In this document: positions 38,612 through 49,049 of the stretch, in pieces
Numbering within the stretch: position 1 is the first letter of the stretch
How the letters are laid out: the number at the start of each line of letters is the position of its first letter
Source of the DNA: Dehalococcoidia bacterium
Lineage (GTDB): Bacteria; Chloroflexota; Dehalococcoidia; SHYB01
Length of the DNA: 64,000 nt
Direction of reading: 5' to 3'
Assembly (NCBI GenBank): GCA_965220155.1
Contig: OZ244810.1
Coordinates: forward strand, 3,627,633 to 3,691,632
Notes under the pieces: model-generated
Databases searched by the model: none
What the model was told of the DNA's origin: nothing
The model's input: only the letters and a program-made list of their open reading frames with translations
Position numbers and translations under genes: made by a program

Positions 38612-40951
38612 TTAGCTCCCGGAGGACCCCTTTCGCTCCAAGGCCTCGAGGACCGCGGCTGGTGACATGGGCAGCTGGTCCATGCGGACCCCAACAGCGG
38701 CGTGCACCGCATTCGCGATGGCGGCCATGGGCGGCACGATAGAGACCTCGCCGACGCCCCTCAGACCGAAAGGATGTCCTGGGTTCGGCACCTCGACGAG
38801 CACCGTATCGATCATCGGCAGGTCGAGGCTCGTTGGCATGCGGTAGTCCAGGAAGCTCGAGTTCAGCATCGTGCCGTCGTCGGAAAAGAAGTACTCCTCA
38901 TTCAGGGCCCATCCGATGCCCTGGACCGTTCCGCCCTGCATTTGTCCTTCCACATAGCTCGGATGGCCCGCCTGGCCGACATCCTCGACGACGGTGTACC
39001 GGAGGATGTCTACCTTGCCAGTGTCGGGGTCCACTTCGAGATCGACTATGTTGCCGCAGAAAGCGACCCCGACACCCCGGGGATTGGAGGACGCCGAAGC
39101 GCTGACCGGGCCACCCGTCTGCAAGAGCTTGCCGGCGAGCTGCTTGAACGTTAGCTTCTCATCCGGGTTCTTGGCGTTGGTGAACACTCCACCCTGGAAG
39201 TCGACATCCTCGACCTGGACCTCCCAGAGCAGGGCAGCCCTCGCAATCACCTGGTCCCGTATCTTCTCAGCGGCCGAGATCGCGGCGATGCCAGTCGAAA
39301 ATGCGGTCCGGCTGCCGCCGGTGACCCCGGTCCAGCCCACGGAGTCGGTGTCACCCACACTGGGCACCACGTCATCCGCCGTTATCCCCAACACCTCAGC
39401 CGCCTGCATCGCAACGCTGGGGCGAGTCCCGCCTATGTCGACGGACCCCGTGACTACACCGAGGGTGCCGTCGGCGTTGACGGTCAGGGTGGCCGACGAG
39501 GACATGCCAGTGTTCCCCCAGTAGCCCATGGACACCCCTCGGCCCCTATTCGGGCCCTCCAACGGAGCGTTGTAATGCGGATGGGCTTTCATTGCTTCTA
39601 GGACTTCGACGTTGCCGTTGTTGCCCAGCGGCACGCCGCTCGGCAGCCGATCGCCCTGATGGCTCGCAGCCTTCAGGCGAAACTCGAGCGGGTCGACTCG
39701 GAGCTTCTCCGCGATCTCGTCGATCACCGTCTCGACCGCCAGGGCGCCCTGGGGCGAGCCGGGGGCCCTGTAAGCGGCGACCTTCTGCTTGTTGACGATG
39801 ACGTCGTACGCATCGACGCTAAGATTCTCCACCTGATACGGCGCCAAAGCCGTCGTCGCCCCCGAGCCAACCGGAGAACCTGGGAAGGCGCCCGCCTCGT
39901 AGGCAAGGTACATCTCCGCCGTGGTAATCCTACCGCCCTTGGCGCCCAATTTGAGGCGCATGTAGGAGCCGGAGGTGGGCCCCGAGCCCTCGAAGACCTC
40001 TTTCCTCGACATCGCGATCTTGACCGGGTGGCCCGTCTTCTTGGACAGGAGAGCGCAGACGGCGTCGAGGTACGACGATATCTTGCCCCCGAAGCCACCG
40101 CCGATCTCCATGGGAATAACCTTGACCGAGTGCTCCGGCACCCCAAGAACCGCCGCGGTGGACGACCGGACACCGAAGTGGCCCTGGGTACTGGTCCAGA
40201 TGGTGATGCGGCCATCGGGCGCCCACCATGCAGTGGATGCGTGGGGCTCGATGTAGCCCTGGTGGACCATCTGCGTCGTGAACTCGCGCTCGACCACGAC
40301 CTCGGCGTCCTCGAACCCCTGCTCAACCTCTCCCCGGTTGAATTGCAGGTGGCTGGCGATGTTGCTGTTAACCCCAGTGTCGGTCCCTCGGGTAAAGCGC
40401 TGCTCCAGCGAATGCGTGGTCATCGCGTCGTGAATAACTGGAGCGTCGGCCTGCATCGCCTCGCGCACGTCCAGCAGGGGCTTCAGGACTTCGTACTCGA
40501 TCTTGATGGCTTTCGCCGCCTGGCTGGCGAGGTGTGGACTCTCGGCCGAGATGACTGCCACCGCGTGGCCCTTATACAGCGCCTTCTCGCCGGCGAGCAT
40601 GTTCTCGGCCAACATCCTCGGGCTCCCCATCGCTTCAGCCAAGTCGATGGTCTTGTTGCTTATGGCTATGGGCAGGTCCTTCGCGGTGACGACGGCCCTG
40701 ACGCCAGGAATTTTCAAGGCCTCGCTTGGGTCGATGGAGAGGATGCGCGCATGGGCGTGGGGGCTGCGGACGACCGCTCCGTGGAGCAGGTCGGTCATAT
40801 TGATGTCGGCGCCGTATCTCGCGCGTCCCGTCACCTTATCCAAGCCGTCATGGCGTATGGGCCGCGTACCCACCACGCTGTATTTCGACTTGTAGTCCTG
40901 AGAGGAGTATGCGGGCGCCCCGTTGACCTTGCGCTCTGAGGTAGTCGTCAT
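38612..40951 (-). CDS. Xanthine dehydrogenase-family molybdopterin-binding subunit
   Basis: KVTGRARY, RSPHAHARI, IGGGFGGK, AYRAPG, GQMQGG.VQGIG, GVGE. Confidence 0.93.
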   Translation of the reverse strand: MTTTSERKVNGAPAYSSQDYKSKYSVVGTRPIRHDGLDKVTGRARYGADINMTDLLHGAVVRSPHAHARILSIDPSEALKIPGVRAVVTAKDLPIAISNKTIDLAEAMGSPRMLAENMLAGEKALYKGHAVAVISAESPHLASQAAKAIKIEYEVLKPLLDVREAMQADAPVIHDAMTTHSLEQRFTRGTDTGVNSNIASHLQFNRGEVEQGFEDAEVVVEREFTTQMVHQGYIEPHASTAWWAPDGRITIWTSTQGHFGVRSSTAAVLGVPEHSVKVIPMEIGGGFGGKISSYLDAVCALLSKKTGHPVKIAMSRKEVFEGSGPTSGSYMRLKLGAKGGRITTAEMYLAYEAGAFPGSPVGSGATTALAPYQVENLSVDAYDVIVNKQKVAAYRAPGSPQGALAVETVIDEIAEKLRVDPLEFRLKAASHQGDRLPSGVPLGNNGNVEVLEAMKAHPHYNAPLEGPNRGRGVSMGYWGNTGMSSSATLTVNADGTLGVVTGSVDIGGTRPSVAMQAAEVLGITADDVVPSVGDTDSVGWTGVTGGSRTAFSTGIAAISAAEKIRDQVIARAALLWEVQVEDVDFQGGVFTNAKNPDEKLTFKQLAGKLLQTGGPVSASASSNPRGVGVAFCGNIVDLEVDPDTGKVDILRYTVVEDVGQAGHPSYVEGQMQGGTVQGIGWALNEEYFFSDDGTMLNSSFLDYRMPTSLDLPMIDTVLVEVPNPGHPFGLRGVGEVSIVPPMAAIANAVHAAVGVRMDQLPMSPAAVLEALERKGSSGS

Positions 40952-41433
40952 GTCCGCTCTCCTCGGACCATCTCACCGGCCTGCAGGACCGCCCTGATGA
41001 TCTTGTCGTAGCCTGTGCACCGGCACAGATTACCGGCCAGCCAGTGACGGATGCGGTGTTCGTCCGCGTCCGGCTCACGCTCCAGCAAGGACTTGGCTGC
41101 GACGATGAACCCGGGTGTGCAGATGCCGCACTGAAGCGCCGCCTGCTCCAAGAATGCCTGCTGGAGCGGATGGAGCCCTTCGGCCGACGCCACACCCTCG
41201 ATAGTCTGGATGTCCTTGCCTTCCGCTTCTACCGCGAGCACCAGGCAAGAGTCGATGAGCCGGCCATCGATCGTGACGCTGCAAGCGCCGCAATTGCCGT
41301 CGTTGCATCCTTCCTTCGTCCCGGTCAGGCCAACGATGTCCCTGAGGGCTTCAAGGAGGCTTTGACGCGGCTCCGCCAGGAACTCGACATCCGCGTCGTT
41401 AATGTGGGTCTGGATGTGAATCTTCTTGGCCAT
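40948..41433 (-). CDS. Xanthine dehydrogenase-family (2Fe-2S) subunit
   Basis: GC..G.CGAC, QCGICTPG, GNLCRCTGY. Confidence 0.95.
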   Translation of the reverse strand: MAKKIHIQTHINDADVEFLAEPRQSLLEALRDIVGLTGTKEGCNDGNCGACSVTIDGRLIDSCLVLAVEAEGKDIQTIEGVASAEGLHPLQQAFLEQAALQCGICTPGFIVAAKSLLEREPDADEHRIRHWLAGNLCRCTGYDKIIRAVLQAGEMVRGERT

Positions 41434-41455
41434 GTTCTGGTTATGCCTCTCTGAC

Positions 41456-42328
41456 CTATGCCTCTTTGGCTCGCTCGACCGCTTTCCGCAGCGCCCGCTT
41501 CGTCAATACCCCAACGAGGTGGACCCGCTGCTTTACGGTCCCTCGCATGTCGGTTATGGGCTTCGCGGCCTTCTTCGCTGCTTCGGCCGCATCCTCAATG
41601 GATGCCTCATTGGCTTCTCTACCGGCCAGCAGGGCGGCCGCCTCCGTCGCCATCACCGGCGTCGGTGCGACGGATGCCAATGCGATCCTGGCCGACTCAA
41701 TCCTTGTCTTGGAAGCGTCCAGCACCACGGAAGCTCCAACCCCGGCAATGGCGATATCCATCTCATTTCTGGGGATGAACCTCAGATAGTGCGCCCCCGA
41801 GCGCGGCTGCGGAGCCGGTATCTTCAGCGAGACCAGCAACTCGCCCTCTTTCAGGACGTTCTGCCCGGGCCCGGTGCAAAAATCCTCTACCGGCACCGTC
41901 CTCCGGCCATCGGGCCCCTCTATGATCGCCGCGGTCCCGAGAGCGATGAGAGCCGGGATCGTATCGCCGCTGGGCGCAGCGTTACAGAGGTTGCCGCCGA
42001 CGCTGGCACGCCCCTGTATCTGGATACCCCCAATCATGGAGGCGGAGTCAACCAGCCCCGGATAGCTCTCGACCACCCTCGCATCCTCGTAGATGCGGTA
42101 GCACGGGACTGCGGCGCCAAGAGTCAATCCCTCACCCGAGACCGCAAGCTCGTTCATCTCGGGGATATCCTTGACGTCGACAATCTGGTCGATCTCGTAA
42201 CGGCCCCCGCGGAGCTGGACCAGGATATCGGTCCCTCCCGCTATCGGCTTCGCTTTGGAGCCTTTGGAGGCCATCAAACTGATGGCTTCCTGAAGCGTGG
42301 TCGGCGCTGCGTATTCGAAGTCCTGCAG
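41456..42328 (-). CDS. Xanthine dehydrogenase-family FAD-binding subunit
   Basis: FEYAAP, AGGTD, IQGRASVGGNLCNAAP.GD, PITDMRG; probable CTG start at 42328. Confidence 0.92.
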   Translation of the reverse strand: MQDFEYAAPTTLQEAISLMASKGSKAKPIAGGTDILVQLRGGRYEIDQIVDVKDIPEMNELAVSGEGLTLGAAVPCYRIYEDARVVESYPGLVDSASMIGGIQIQGRASVGGNLCNAAPSGDTIPALIALGTAAIIEGPDGRRTVPVEDFCTGPGQNVLKEGELLVSLKIPAPQPRSGAHYLRFIPRNEMDIAIAGVGASVVLDASKTRIESARIALASVAPTPVMATEAAALLAGREANEASIEDAAEAAKKAAKPITDMRGTVKQRVHLVGVLTKRALRKAVERAKEA

Positions 42329-42359
42329 AGCGCACCCCCTTGTTTTCGATGCCGACGGC

Positions 42360-42368
42360 ATTATAGCA
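42360..42368 (-). promoter_or_regulatory. Extended -10 promoter of the Mo-enzyme operon
   Basis: Minus strand TGCTATAAT. Confidence 0.65.
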
Positions 42369-42572
42369 ACGGGTATGGCGCCCCACAACCACGGTTCGTC
42401 TGCCTGGGGCGAGCCCATCGAAGGGACTGAAGACAGGCTTGACCCACAGCTAGATGGGCGTAGGATTTGGTGCATATCGGTCTCGGAGTCGTTACAAGGC
42501 GGGGCCGCAAGTCTGCGGCGGGCCCCGTGAGGGCCTCGGGGTTGGCATATTCGGGGAGGAAGGGGTCTAACC

Positions 42573-44279
42573 ATGGCTGAATACGACATCATCATCCGGG
42601 GCGGCACCATCGTCGACGGAATGCAGACGCCGCGGTACACCGGCGACATCGGGATCAAGGAAGGACGAATCGCCCAGATGGGGGGCCTCCGCCGCAGCAC
42701 CGCGAAGAAGGTGCTCGATGCCTCGCGCCTCGTCGTCGCCCCGGGCTTTATCGATCTGCACACCCACTACGACGCCCAGATCCAATGGGACCCCCACTGC
42801 ACCAGCTCAGGGTGGCACGGCGTGACGACGGTGGTCATTGGAAACTGCGGGTTCGGGTTTGCGCCCTGCGCCGCCAATGACGCGGACCGGGACCGGCTGA
42901 TGCTGGGGCTGAGCAGGAATGAGGCCATCCCGATGGCGCCGATGGAGCTGGGCATGCTCTGGGACTGGGTCAGCTTCCCGGATTTCCTGGACACCATCGA
43001 TCGGATTCCCAAAGGGGTCAACGTGAACAGCTTCTTTCCGTTAGGGCCTCTTTACGCCTATGCCATCGGCTATGAGGAATCGAGGTCCAGGCGCCCCACG
43101 GGCCGTGAGATGGAAGAGATGTGCGGGCTGCTCAACGAAGGGATCGACGCCGGGGCCACCGGCTGGTCGGCCCAGGTGCTGGGCCCCGATTCCATCCAGG
43201 GCGACTATGACGGCGGCCCCATGATCACCGACCTGATGACCGACGAGGAGCTGTTCGCCTTTGCCAGGGTGCTGAACGATCGGGATGAGGGCTCCGTCGA
43301 GCTGGCGTACAAGGGCTCCATCGGCGGCTGGGGAGAGGAAGAGGGCCGGAGTTTCTTCGAGAGGTTCGCGGAGACGGCGAACAGGCCGATCCTCTACCAG
43401 CAGATCAACCCCAACCGTCACAACGCCGAGGCCCATCGCAGCAAGCTGCGGTGGCTGGAGGCTTGCGCCGAGAAGGGTCTCCCCCTCTACGGGCAGAGCA
43501 ACACACGCCGCTCCGGGTTCGACTTCACGTTCATGAACTGGACCTTCTGGGACGATAAGCCCGCCTGGAAAAACGTGACCCTCGGGACCAGGGAGGAGCG
43601 AAAGGCCAAGATGGCCGACGCCGAGGTCAGGGCCACACTTCGGGACCAGTGGGACCGCGGCGAGCGTCCTATCCTCGGAGGCATGCTGGTCAAGCACACG
43701 GGCCGGCCTGAGTTACAGCGGTACTGCGGGCAGACCGCCGAGCAGATTGCTCAGGACGAGGGGAAGCACGTTGTCGACGCCCTTTTCGACCTCGTCGTAG
43801 CGGACGACCTGTACACGGAGCTGCTGGGGCCCGTTTCGCGGGACCAACCCGAATACGTCGCCGAGATCACGAAGTCGCCATACACCCTGGCCGGGGTTTC
43901 GGACGGCGGGGCGCACATGCAGATGATCCCCACGGGGGCCTATCCCACCGAGCTTCTCACGTGGATCGTGCGCGACGAAGGCCGGGTGAGCCTGGAGGAG
44001 ATGCACTACAAGCTGAGCTGCCTGCCCGCCTTCGTCGGCGGAGTGCGCGACCGGGGCTTTCTGCGTGAGGGGGCGGCCGCGGACATCGTGGTGTACGACC
44101 TCGACGAGCTGTCGATGGGGTCGATCGAGGTAGCCCACGACCTCCCGGGCAACGAGTGGCGGAGGATTCAGAAGCCGGATGGATACCGGTGGATCGTGGT
44201 CAACGGCGAGGTTACGTCGGAGGACGGACGCCTGACCGGCGACACCCCCGGGAAACTCCTGCGCCACGGGAAGGGTTAG
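42573..44279 (+). CDS. N-acyl-D-amino-acid deacylase-like amidohydrolase
   Basis: APGFIDLHTHYD, GVTTVVIGNCG, SDGGAH, ADIVVYD. Confidence 0.9.
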   Translation: MAEYDIIIRGGTIVDGMQTPRYTGDIGIKEGRIAQMGGLRRSTAKKVLDASRLVVAPGFIDLHTHYDAQIQWDPHCTSSGWHGVTTVVIGNCGFGFAPCAANDADRDRLMLGLSRNEAIPMAPMELGMLWDWVSFPDFLDTIDRIPKGVNVNSFFPLGPLYAYAIGYEESRSRRPTGREMEEMCGLLNEGIDAGATGWSAQVLGPDSIQGDYDGGPMITDLMTDEELFAFARVLNDRDEGSVELAYKGSIGGWGEEEGRSFFERFAETANRPILYQQINPNRHNAEAHRSKLRWLEACAEKGLPLYGQSNTRRSGFDFTFMNWTFWDDKPAWKNVTLGTREERKAKMADAEVRATLRDQWDRGERPILGGMLVKHTGRPELQRYCGQTAEQIAQDEGKHVVDALFDLVVADDLYTELLGPVSRDQPEYVAEITKSPYTLAGVSDGGAHMQMIPTGAYPTELLTWIVRDEGRVSLEEMHYKLSCLPAFVGGVRDRGFLREGAAADIVVYDLDELSMGSIEVAHDLPGNEWRRIQKPDGYRWIVVNGEVTSEDGRLTGDTPGKLLRHGKG

Positions 44280-44312
44280 CGTGTAGTGCGCGGGGCCGCA
44301 GGGCGGGGAGGC

Positions 44313-44387
44313 TGGAGCGGAAGACGGGATTCGAACCCGCGACCCTCTCCTTGGCAAGGAGATGCTCTACCACTGAGCCACTTCCGC
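44313..44387 (-). tRNA. tRNA-Gly (GCC)
   Basis: GCGGAAG..., anticodon loop TTGCCAA, GGTTCGAATCC, ends TCCA. Confidence 0.96.
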
Positions 44388-44608
44388 TCGACGGGAAGGC
44401 CGTCCAGAGGATGAGGGACCCTCTGCGACCATCCATCCTATTCTAGGATTGCCCGCGAGGGCTTGGCAACCCGGAGCGCTCGCTCCTTGCCGGCGAGCTC
44501 GCGGAGCCCGGCGGCCTCGTCCCGAAGGTGACACGCGAGGGTCTTCTGGGATATATCGGACCCTGCCGTCCCAGGGGCTATTCCGCCGCACCGCCAAAGG
44601 AGCCCACC

Positions 44609-45742
44609 ATGCCCGTCCAGCCCTTCACCATCGATATCCGCCAAGAAGTCCTCGACGACCTCGAGCACAGACTCGCGATGACTCGATGGCCGGATGAGAT
44701 CTCAGACTCCGGCTGGGACTACGGAAGCAACCTCAGTTATGTCAAGGAGCTCTGCGCGTACTGGAAGGACCGGTACGACTGGCGGGCCCAGGAGCGCAAG
44801 CTCAACGCCTTCCCCCAATTCAAGGCGGAGGTGGACGGCCTCGGCATCCACTTCATCCACGTCAAGGGCAAGGGGCCAAACCCGATGCCCCTGGTCATCA
44901 CCCATGGCTGGCCCAGCTCCTTCTACGAGATGCACAAGGTAATCGGCCCGCTGGCGGACCCGGCCGGTCATGGCGGCGATCCCGCCGACGCCTTCGACGT
45001 GGTGGCCCCTTCGCTGCCCGGCTACGGCTTCTCCGACAAGCCGGCCAAGCGGGGGATGAACACCGCGGCAATCGCGGGCCTCTGGGTCAAGCTGATGGGC
45101 GTCCTGGGCTACGGGCGGTTCGGGTCTCACGGCGGCGACTGGGGGGCCGGGGTCACGAGCGCCCTCGCCTCTCGGCATGCCAGCCACATGATCGGCGTCC
45201 ATTTCAGCATGGCATCGGCCCGTTTCGACGAGGCGAAGGACGATCCCAAGTACAAGCCCTGGTGGGACGCTCTGCAAGCCTACCGGCGGGAGGAGTGGGG
45301 ATACGTCCACCTCCAGGGGACCAAACCTCAGACCTTGTCCTATGGGCTCAACGATTCCCCCGCGGGCCTCGCCGCGTGGGTCGTCGAGAAGTGGCGGCGC
45401 TGGAGCGACTGCGGCGGGGATGTGGAGCGCAGCTACACGAAAGACGAGCTGCTGACGAACATCATGGTCTACTGGGTCAGCGAGTCGATCGGCTCGTCGA
45501 TCCGCCTCTACAAGGAGACCTTCGGCGGCTCGACCCCGACCGGCGTCAACCCTCGGACCGAGGTCCCAACGGGAGTGGCTACGTTCAACGAGGCCAACCG
45601 CCCGCCCAGAGAGCTTGCGGAGCCCAATTACAACCTCCACCGGTGGACGGACATGGACCGGGGCGGGCACTTCCCCGCAATGGAGAACCCGGAAGGGCTC
45701 GTCCACGAGGTGCGGGAGTTTTTTCGGCCCCTACGCGCATAG
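44609..45742 (+). CDS. Epoxide hydrolase (microsomal-type alpha/beta fold)
   Basis: TRWP, YDWR, HGWP, SLPGYGFS, GGDWG, DSPAGLAAW, GGHF. Confidence 0.93.
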   Translation: MPVQPFTIDIRQEVLDDLEHRLAMTRWPDEISDSGWDYGSNLSYVKELCAYWKDRYDWRAQERKLNAFPQFKAEVDGLGIHFIHVKGKGPNPMPLVITHGWPSSFYEMHKVIGPLADPAGHGGDPADAFDVVAPSLPGYGFSDKPAKRGMNTAAIAGLWVKLMGVLGYGRFGSHGGDWGAGVTSALASRHASHMIGVHFSMASARFDEAKDDPKYKPWWDALQAYRREEWGYVHLQGTKPQTLSYGLNDSPAGLAAWVVEKWRRWSDCGGDVERSYTKDELLTNIMVYWVSESIGSSIRLYKETFGGSTPTGVNPRTEVPTGVATFNEANRPPRELAEPNYNLHRWTDMDRGGHFPAMENPEGLVHEVREFFRPLRA

Positions 45743-45800
45743 GCCGGAACACATCACCCCGGGCTGCCCCCTGGCAACAGACGGGGACGGCGGCGCGACG

Positions 45801-46892
45801 CTACTTCATCACCAGGACCGTCCGCACTTCGTCACCCGTGTGACAGGCCTCTAGAGCATCCGTCGCGTCTTCGAGCCTGGCCCTGCGGGTCACCAGCTCG
45901 TCGAGCTTGATCTGGCCGGTCCGGTAGAGGTCGAATATCCATGGGAGGTCGCGGGCCGGGATGGTGTTCCCGCTCATGCCGCCGCCAATCCGCTTGCCCC
46001 AGTAGAGGTCCCCGATCTTCAGGTTAATTTCGAGGTCGTACGATGGAGGAGCGCCGACCACGACCGTCATCCCTCTTGTGTGAATGCAATCGAATGCCTG
46101 TTTGTAGGTCTCCATCTTGCCGATGACCTCAAAGGAGAAATCGGCCCCGCCGTTGGTCAGCTCCTTCACCGCCGCGACGACATCGTCGTCGCGGGCATTG
46201 ACGGTGTGGGTAGCACCGAAGGCGCGGGCCGTCTCCAGTTTGTGGTCCAGCATGTCCACCGCGATGATCTTGCCGGCGCCCATGAGCCGGCAGCCCTGGA
46301 CGACGTTGAGGCCAACTCCTCCGCAGCCAATGACAACGCAGGTGCTGCCCCGCTCGACTTTCGCCGTGTTCACGGCGGACCCGATTCCCGTGGGAACCCC
46401 GCAGCCAATGAGGCATGCGGACTCGAGGGGCATGTCGTCGGGGACTGGGATAGCCCCGCTGTAGTGGATGATCGAATGCTCCGCGAAGCTTGCGGTGCCG
46501 GCGAAGTGGTAGTACTGCCGCCCATTCCGCGAGATCCTGCTGGTGCCGTCGTACAGGTATCCCATTGGCGCGGAGAAGCTGATGCAGGGCTTTCCGGCGG
46601 CGCACCCGTGGCACTGTCCGCATCGCGTCCCGGCCTTGACGACCCGGTCCCCCGGCTTGACGCTCTTGACGGCCGATCCCACCTCCTGGACGATCCCGGC
46701 ACCCTCATGACCAAGGACCATCGGAGTCGGCCAGTCACGGAATCCGTCATACACATGGGCATCGCTGTGACAGACACCGCTGGCGGCGATCTCGATCAGG
46801 ACGTCCTCCGGTTTCAGATCGGCCAGCTCCACCTCCTCGATTTCGAGGGGAGCGTGAGGCTTGTGAAACACCGCGGCCCTGGTCTTTAACAA
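45801..46892 (-). CDS. Zinc-dependent alcohol dehydrogenase
   Basis: GVCHSD, LGHEGAG, CGQCHGC..C, GCGGVG; TTG start after GAGGT. Confidence 0.92.
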   Translation of the reverse strand: MLKTRAAVFHKPHAPLEIEEVELADLKPEDVLIEIAASGVCHSDAHVYDGFRDWPTPMVLGHEGAGIVQEVGSAVKSVKPGDRVVKAGTRCGQCHGCAAGKPCISFSAPMGYLYDGTSRISRNGRQYYHFAGTASFAEHSIIHYSGAIPVPDDMPLESACLIGCGVPTGIGSAVNTAKVERGSTCVVIGCGGVGLNVVQGCRLMGAGKIIAVDMLDHKLETARAFGATHTVNARDDDVVAAVKELTNGGADFSFEVIGKMETYKQAFDCIHTRGMTVVVGAPPSYDLEINLKIGDLYWGKRIGGGMSGNTIPARDLPWIFDLYRTGQIKLDELVTRRARLEDATDALEACHTGDEVRTVLVMK

Positions 46893-46935
46893 CGGCACAC
46901 CTCTTTCCGTTTTGCATGGCTTCCCGACAACACCC

Positions 46936-46964
46936 GTAGAGGCGGGTTTGAAACCCGCCCCTAC
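46936..46964. repeat. GTAG-type REP palindrome (stand-alone)
   Basis: GTAGAGGCGGGTTTGAAACCCGCCCCTAC, GTAG on both strands. Confidence 0.82.
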
Positions 46965-46980
46965 CAAGACGCCGCTGGCG

Positions 46981-47838
46981 CTATGGGGCTTCGCCGGGTT
47001 TGCCGGAGTACACCAGCGGATGTATCCCGTCGAGGGACCAGTGGCCGGAGGGCAACAGCCGGAAGCCCTTGGCCGCGTAAGCTCCACCGCCGACCTGGAT
47101 CGTCTCTCCACTCACCCAGCCCGACAGGTCGGAGGCCAGGTACAGCGCGGCGCCGCTCTGATCATCCGGAGTGCCCCTGCGGCCCAGAGGGATATGCGGA
47201 GAGGTCGCCGAACTAGGCCTCGGCGCTCCACCGGTAACTCTGGCGCCTCCGGGTGTTTCAGTCGCCTCGGGGGCAATGGCATTCACCCGGATCCCGTGGA
47301 CCCCAAGCTCGAGCGCGAGGCTCTCCGTAAGGTTGGTAAGGCCCGCCTTGGCGGCCGCGTAGACGGAGAAGCCCGGCGCCCCGCGAAACGCTTCGATGGT
47401 GGTGACGTTGATGATGGACCCGGGGGTGCCTCGGTCGATCATGACCCCCGCGGCGGACTTGATGCAGCGCATGCACTGGACGAGGTTGAGCTCCAGCATC
47501 CTCGCCCAGTCCCGCTCCGTCATATCCATGAACAGCTTCATGAAGGTGCCGCCAACGTTGTTGACGAGGATGTCCAGCCGGCCCATACCCTCGGCAGCGG
47601 CCGCCACCGCCCGGTCGATGACCGTCTGGTCGCGGATGTCTCCCAGCACTGTTTCCGCCTTCCGGCCCAGAGCCCGGATGTCCTTGGCCGTCTGCTCCAG
47701 CGTTTCTTCGTTCCGGTCGTTGATCACCGCGTCGGCGCCAAAGGCGGCAAAGGTCATGGCGATGCCGTTGCCGATCCCCTGGCCGGCCCCTGTCACGATG
47801 GCGACTTTACCGTCTAGCAGTGCTGCGCTTGGGTCCAT
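46981..47838 (-). CDS. Short-chain dehydrogenase/reductase
   Basis: TGAGQGIG, DILVNNVG, YAAAK, IRVNAIAP. Confidence 0.92.
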   Translation of the reverse strand: MDPSAALLDGKVAIVTGAGQGIGNGIAMTFAAFGADAVINDRNEETLEQTAKDIRALGRKAETVLGDIRDQTVIDRAVAAAAEGMGRLDILVNNVGGTFMKLFMDMTERDWARMLELNLVQCMRCIKSAAGVMIDRGTPGSIINVTTIEAFRGAPGFSVYAAAKAGLTNLTESLALELGVHGIRVNAIAPEATETPGGARVTGGAPRPSSATSPHIPLGRRGTPDDQSGAALYLASDLSGWVSGETIQVGGGAYAAKGFRLLPSGHWSLDGIHPLVYSGKPGEAP

Positions 47839-48025
47839 GCCGCTCCTCCTGTGGCCTGTTTCGATACGGATGGTGGTCAACCCGTGGACACCGTCCCGAG
47901 CCGGTCGCTGCACAGTGTAATCCGTCCATTGCCGGGAAGAAAGCGGCCGTGGAGCAAGCGCGGCCCGCCGCCGGCCCCTAGAGCCGGCAGGGAAGGGCAA
48001 GGCTCCCCTTCCCAGCGGACCTCTC

Positions 48026-48454
48026 CTACGACCCCCGGGAGGGAAGAACGACCGTCGCCGAACCCATCACCAGGGTCTCGCCGTCTTCGCTCTGAAGCTG
48101 CACGTCGCACTCCACCTGGCTCACGCCATCGACGACGTTCTTCGCCGAGACCGAGCCGAGCGCGCGCAACGGCCGGTCATGGAAGACCGGACGCCGGAAG
48201 AGCGTTTCCAGACGCCGCACCTGGCCTTCGGGGGCCCACGCGGTGAGCACGCTCCCCAGCACAGCCATGTTCATGATGCCGGGGGTAATGGCTTTGGGGA
48301 GCCCATCCCGTTTGGCGGCCTCATCATCCGTGAAGCGGTTGGAGACACCGGCGCCCCAGATGCTGCAAAAGGTATTCACCATCTCCTTCGTGAACACCCT
48401 GGCGATGGCCGGGATCTCGTCCCCAACCGCTATGTCTTCGAAGTGCGGTCCCAT
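48026..48454 (-). CDS. MaoC-family hotdog dehydratase
   Basis: FEDIAVGDEIP, FTDDEAAKRDGLP...PG, FRRPV. Confidence 0.78.
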   Translation of the reverse strand: MGPHFEDIAVGDEIPAIARVFTKEMVNTFCSIWGAGVSNRFTDDEAAKRDGLPKAITPGIMNMAVLGSVLTAWAPEGQVRRLETLFRRPVFHDRPLRALGSVSAKNVVDGVSQVECDVQLQSEDGETLVMGSATVVLPSRGS

Positions 48455-48464
48455 CGAAACACCC

Positions 48465-48938
48465 TCAGGCCCCGTCCGAGGGAGGCAACGGCCGGGTCAT
48501 GAACGAATGTTGGACCGTGGCGACGGCCTCGCCGTCCGGGTCTCGCAGTACCGTCTCCCAGACCACGACGGCGGCTAGTCCTGTCCTCCCGGGTCGAGTA
48601 TAAGCATCCTTCAAGTGGATATTGGCATCGAGCACGTCACCCGCGCAGATCGGCTTGAAGCTCTCGAACGCCTGCCACTGGTGAATCCCCGTACCCGGGA
48701 ATTTCAGCTTGATGTCCGGACGCACCCCGGTGCGCTCCAACAGGTTGCAGAAGCTGGGAGGCGCCACAAGCGACCGGTAGCCGCTGCGCATCGCGGCCTC
48801 CTCGTCGGTGAACATCGGGTTGGTCTCTCCGATGGCCTCGCAGTAGGCCAGGATGCGCTCTTTTTCGACACGGAACGTCCCGGCCGGGAACTCCTTTCCC
48901 AAGAGATCCCGGTCGAACTCCAGCTCTGGCGCGGTCAT
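48465..48938 (-). CDS. MaoC-like N-terminal-type hotdog protein
   Basis: AYCEAIGETNP, GYRSLVAPPSF, PICAGD, GRTG. Confidence 0.82.
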   Translation of the reverse strand: MTAPELEFDRDLLGKEFPAGTFRVEKERILAYCEAIGETNPMFTDEEAAMRSGYRSLVAPPSFCNLLERTGVRPDIKLKFPGTGIHQWQAFESFKPICAGDVLDANIHLKDAYTRPGRTGLAAVVVWETVLRDPDGEAVATVQHSFMTRPLPPSDGA

Positions 48939-49000
48939 GACTCTTTGGTAGACCGTCCTTTCTCGGGAACGTGAGCAGCTCAGGGACCAACCGACAGGAG

Positions 49001-49030
49001 ATTAGATGCCAGGGAGCTCAAAGCTGTCAA
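49001..49030 (-). promoter_or_regulatory. Putative sigma70 promoter for the MaoC pair
   Basis: TTGACA-N18-TCTAAT. Confidence 0.55.
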
Positions 49031-49049
49031 CGTCGTCCGGGACCCGGCC

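Noticed and set aside
38612-40951. Aerobic CO dehydrogenase
   Set aside because: Active-site loop is AYRAPG, not AYxCSFR; no coxDEFG accessory genes
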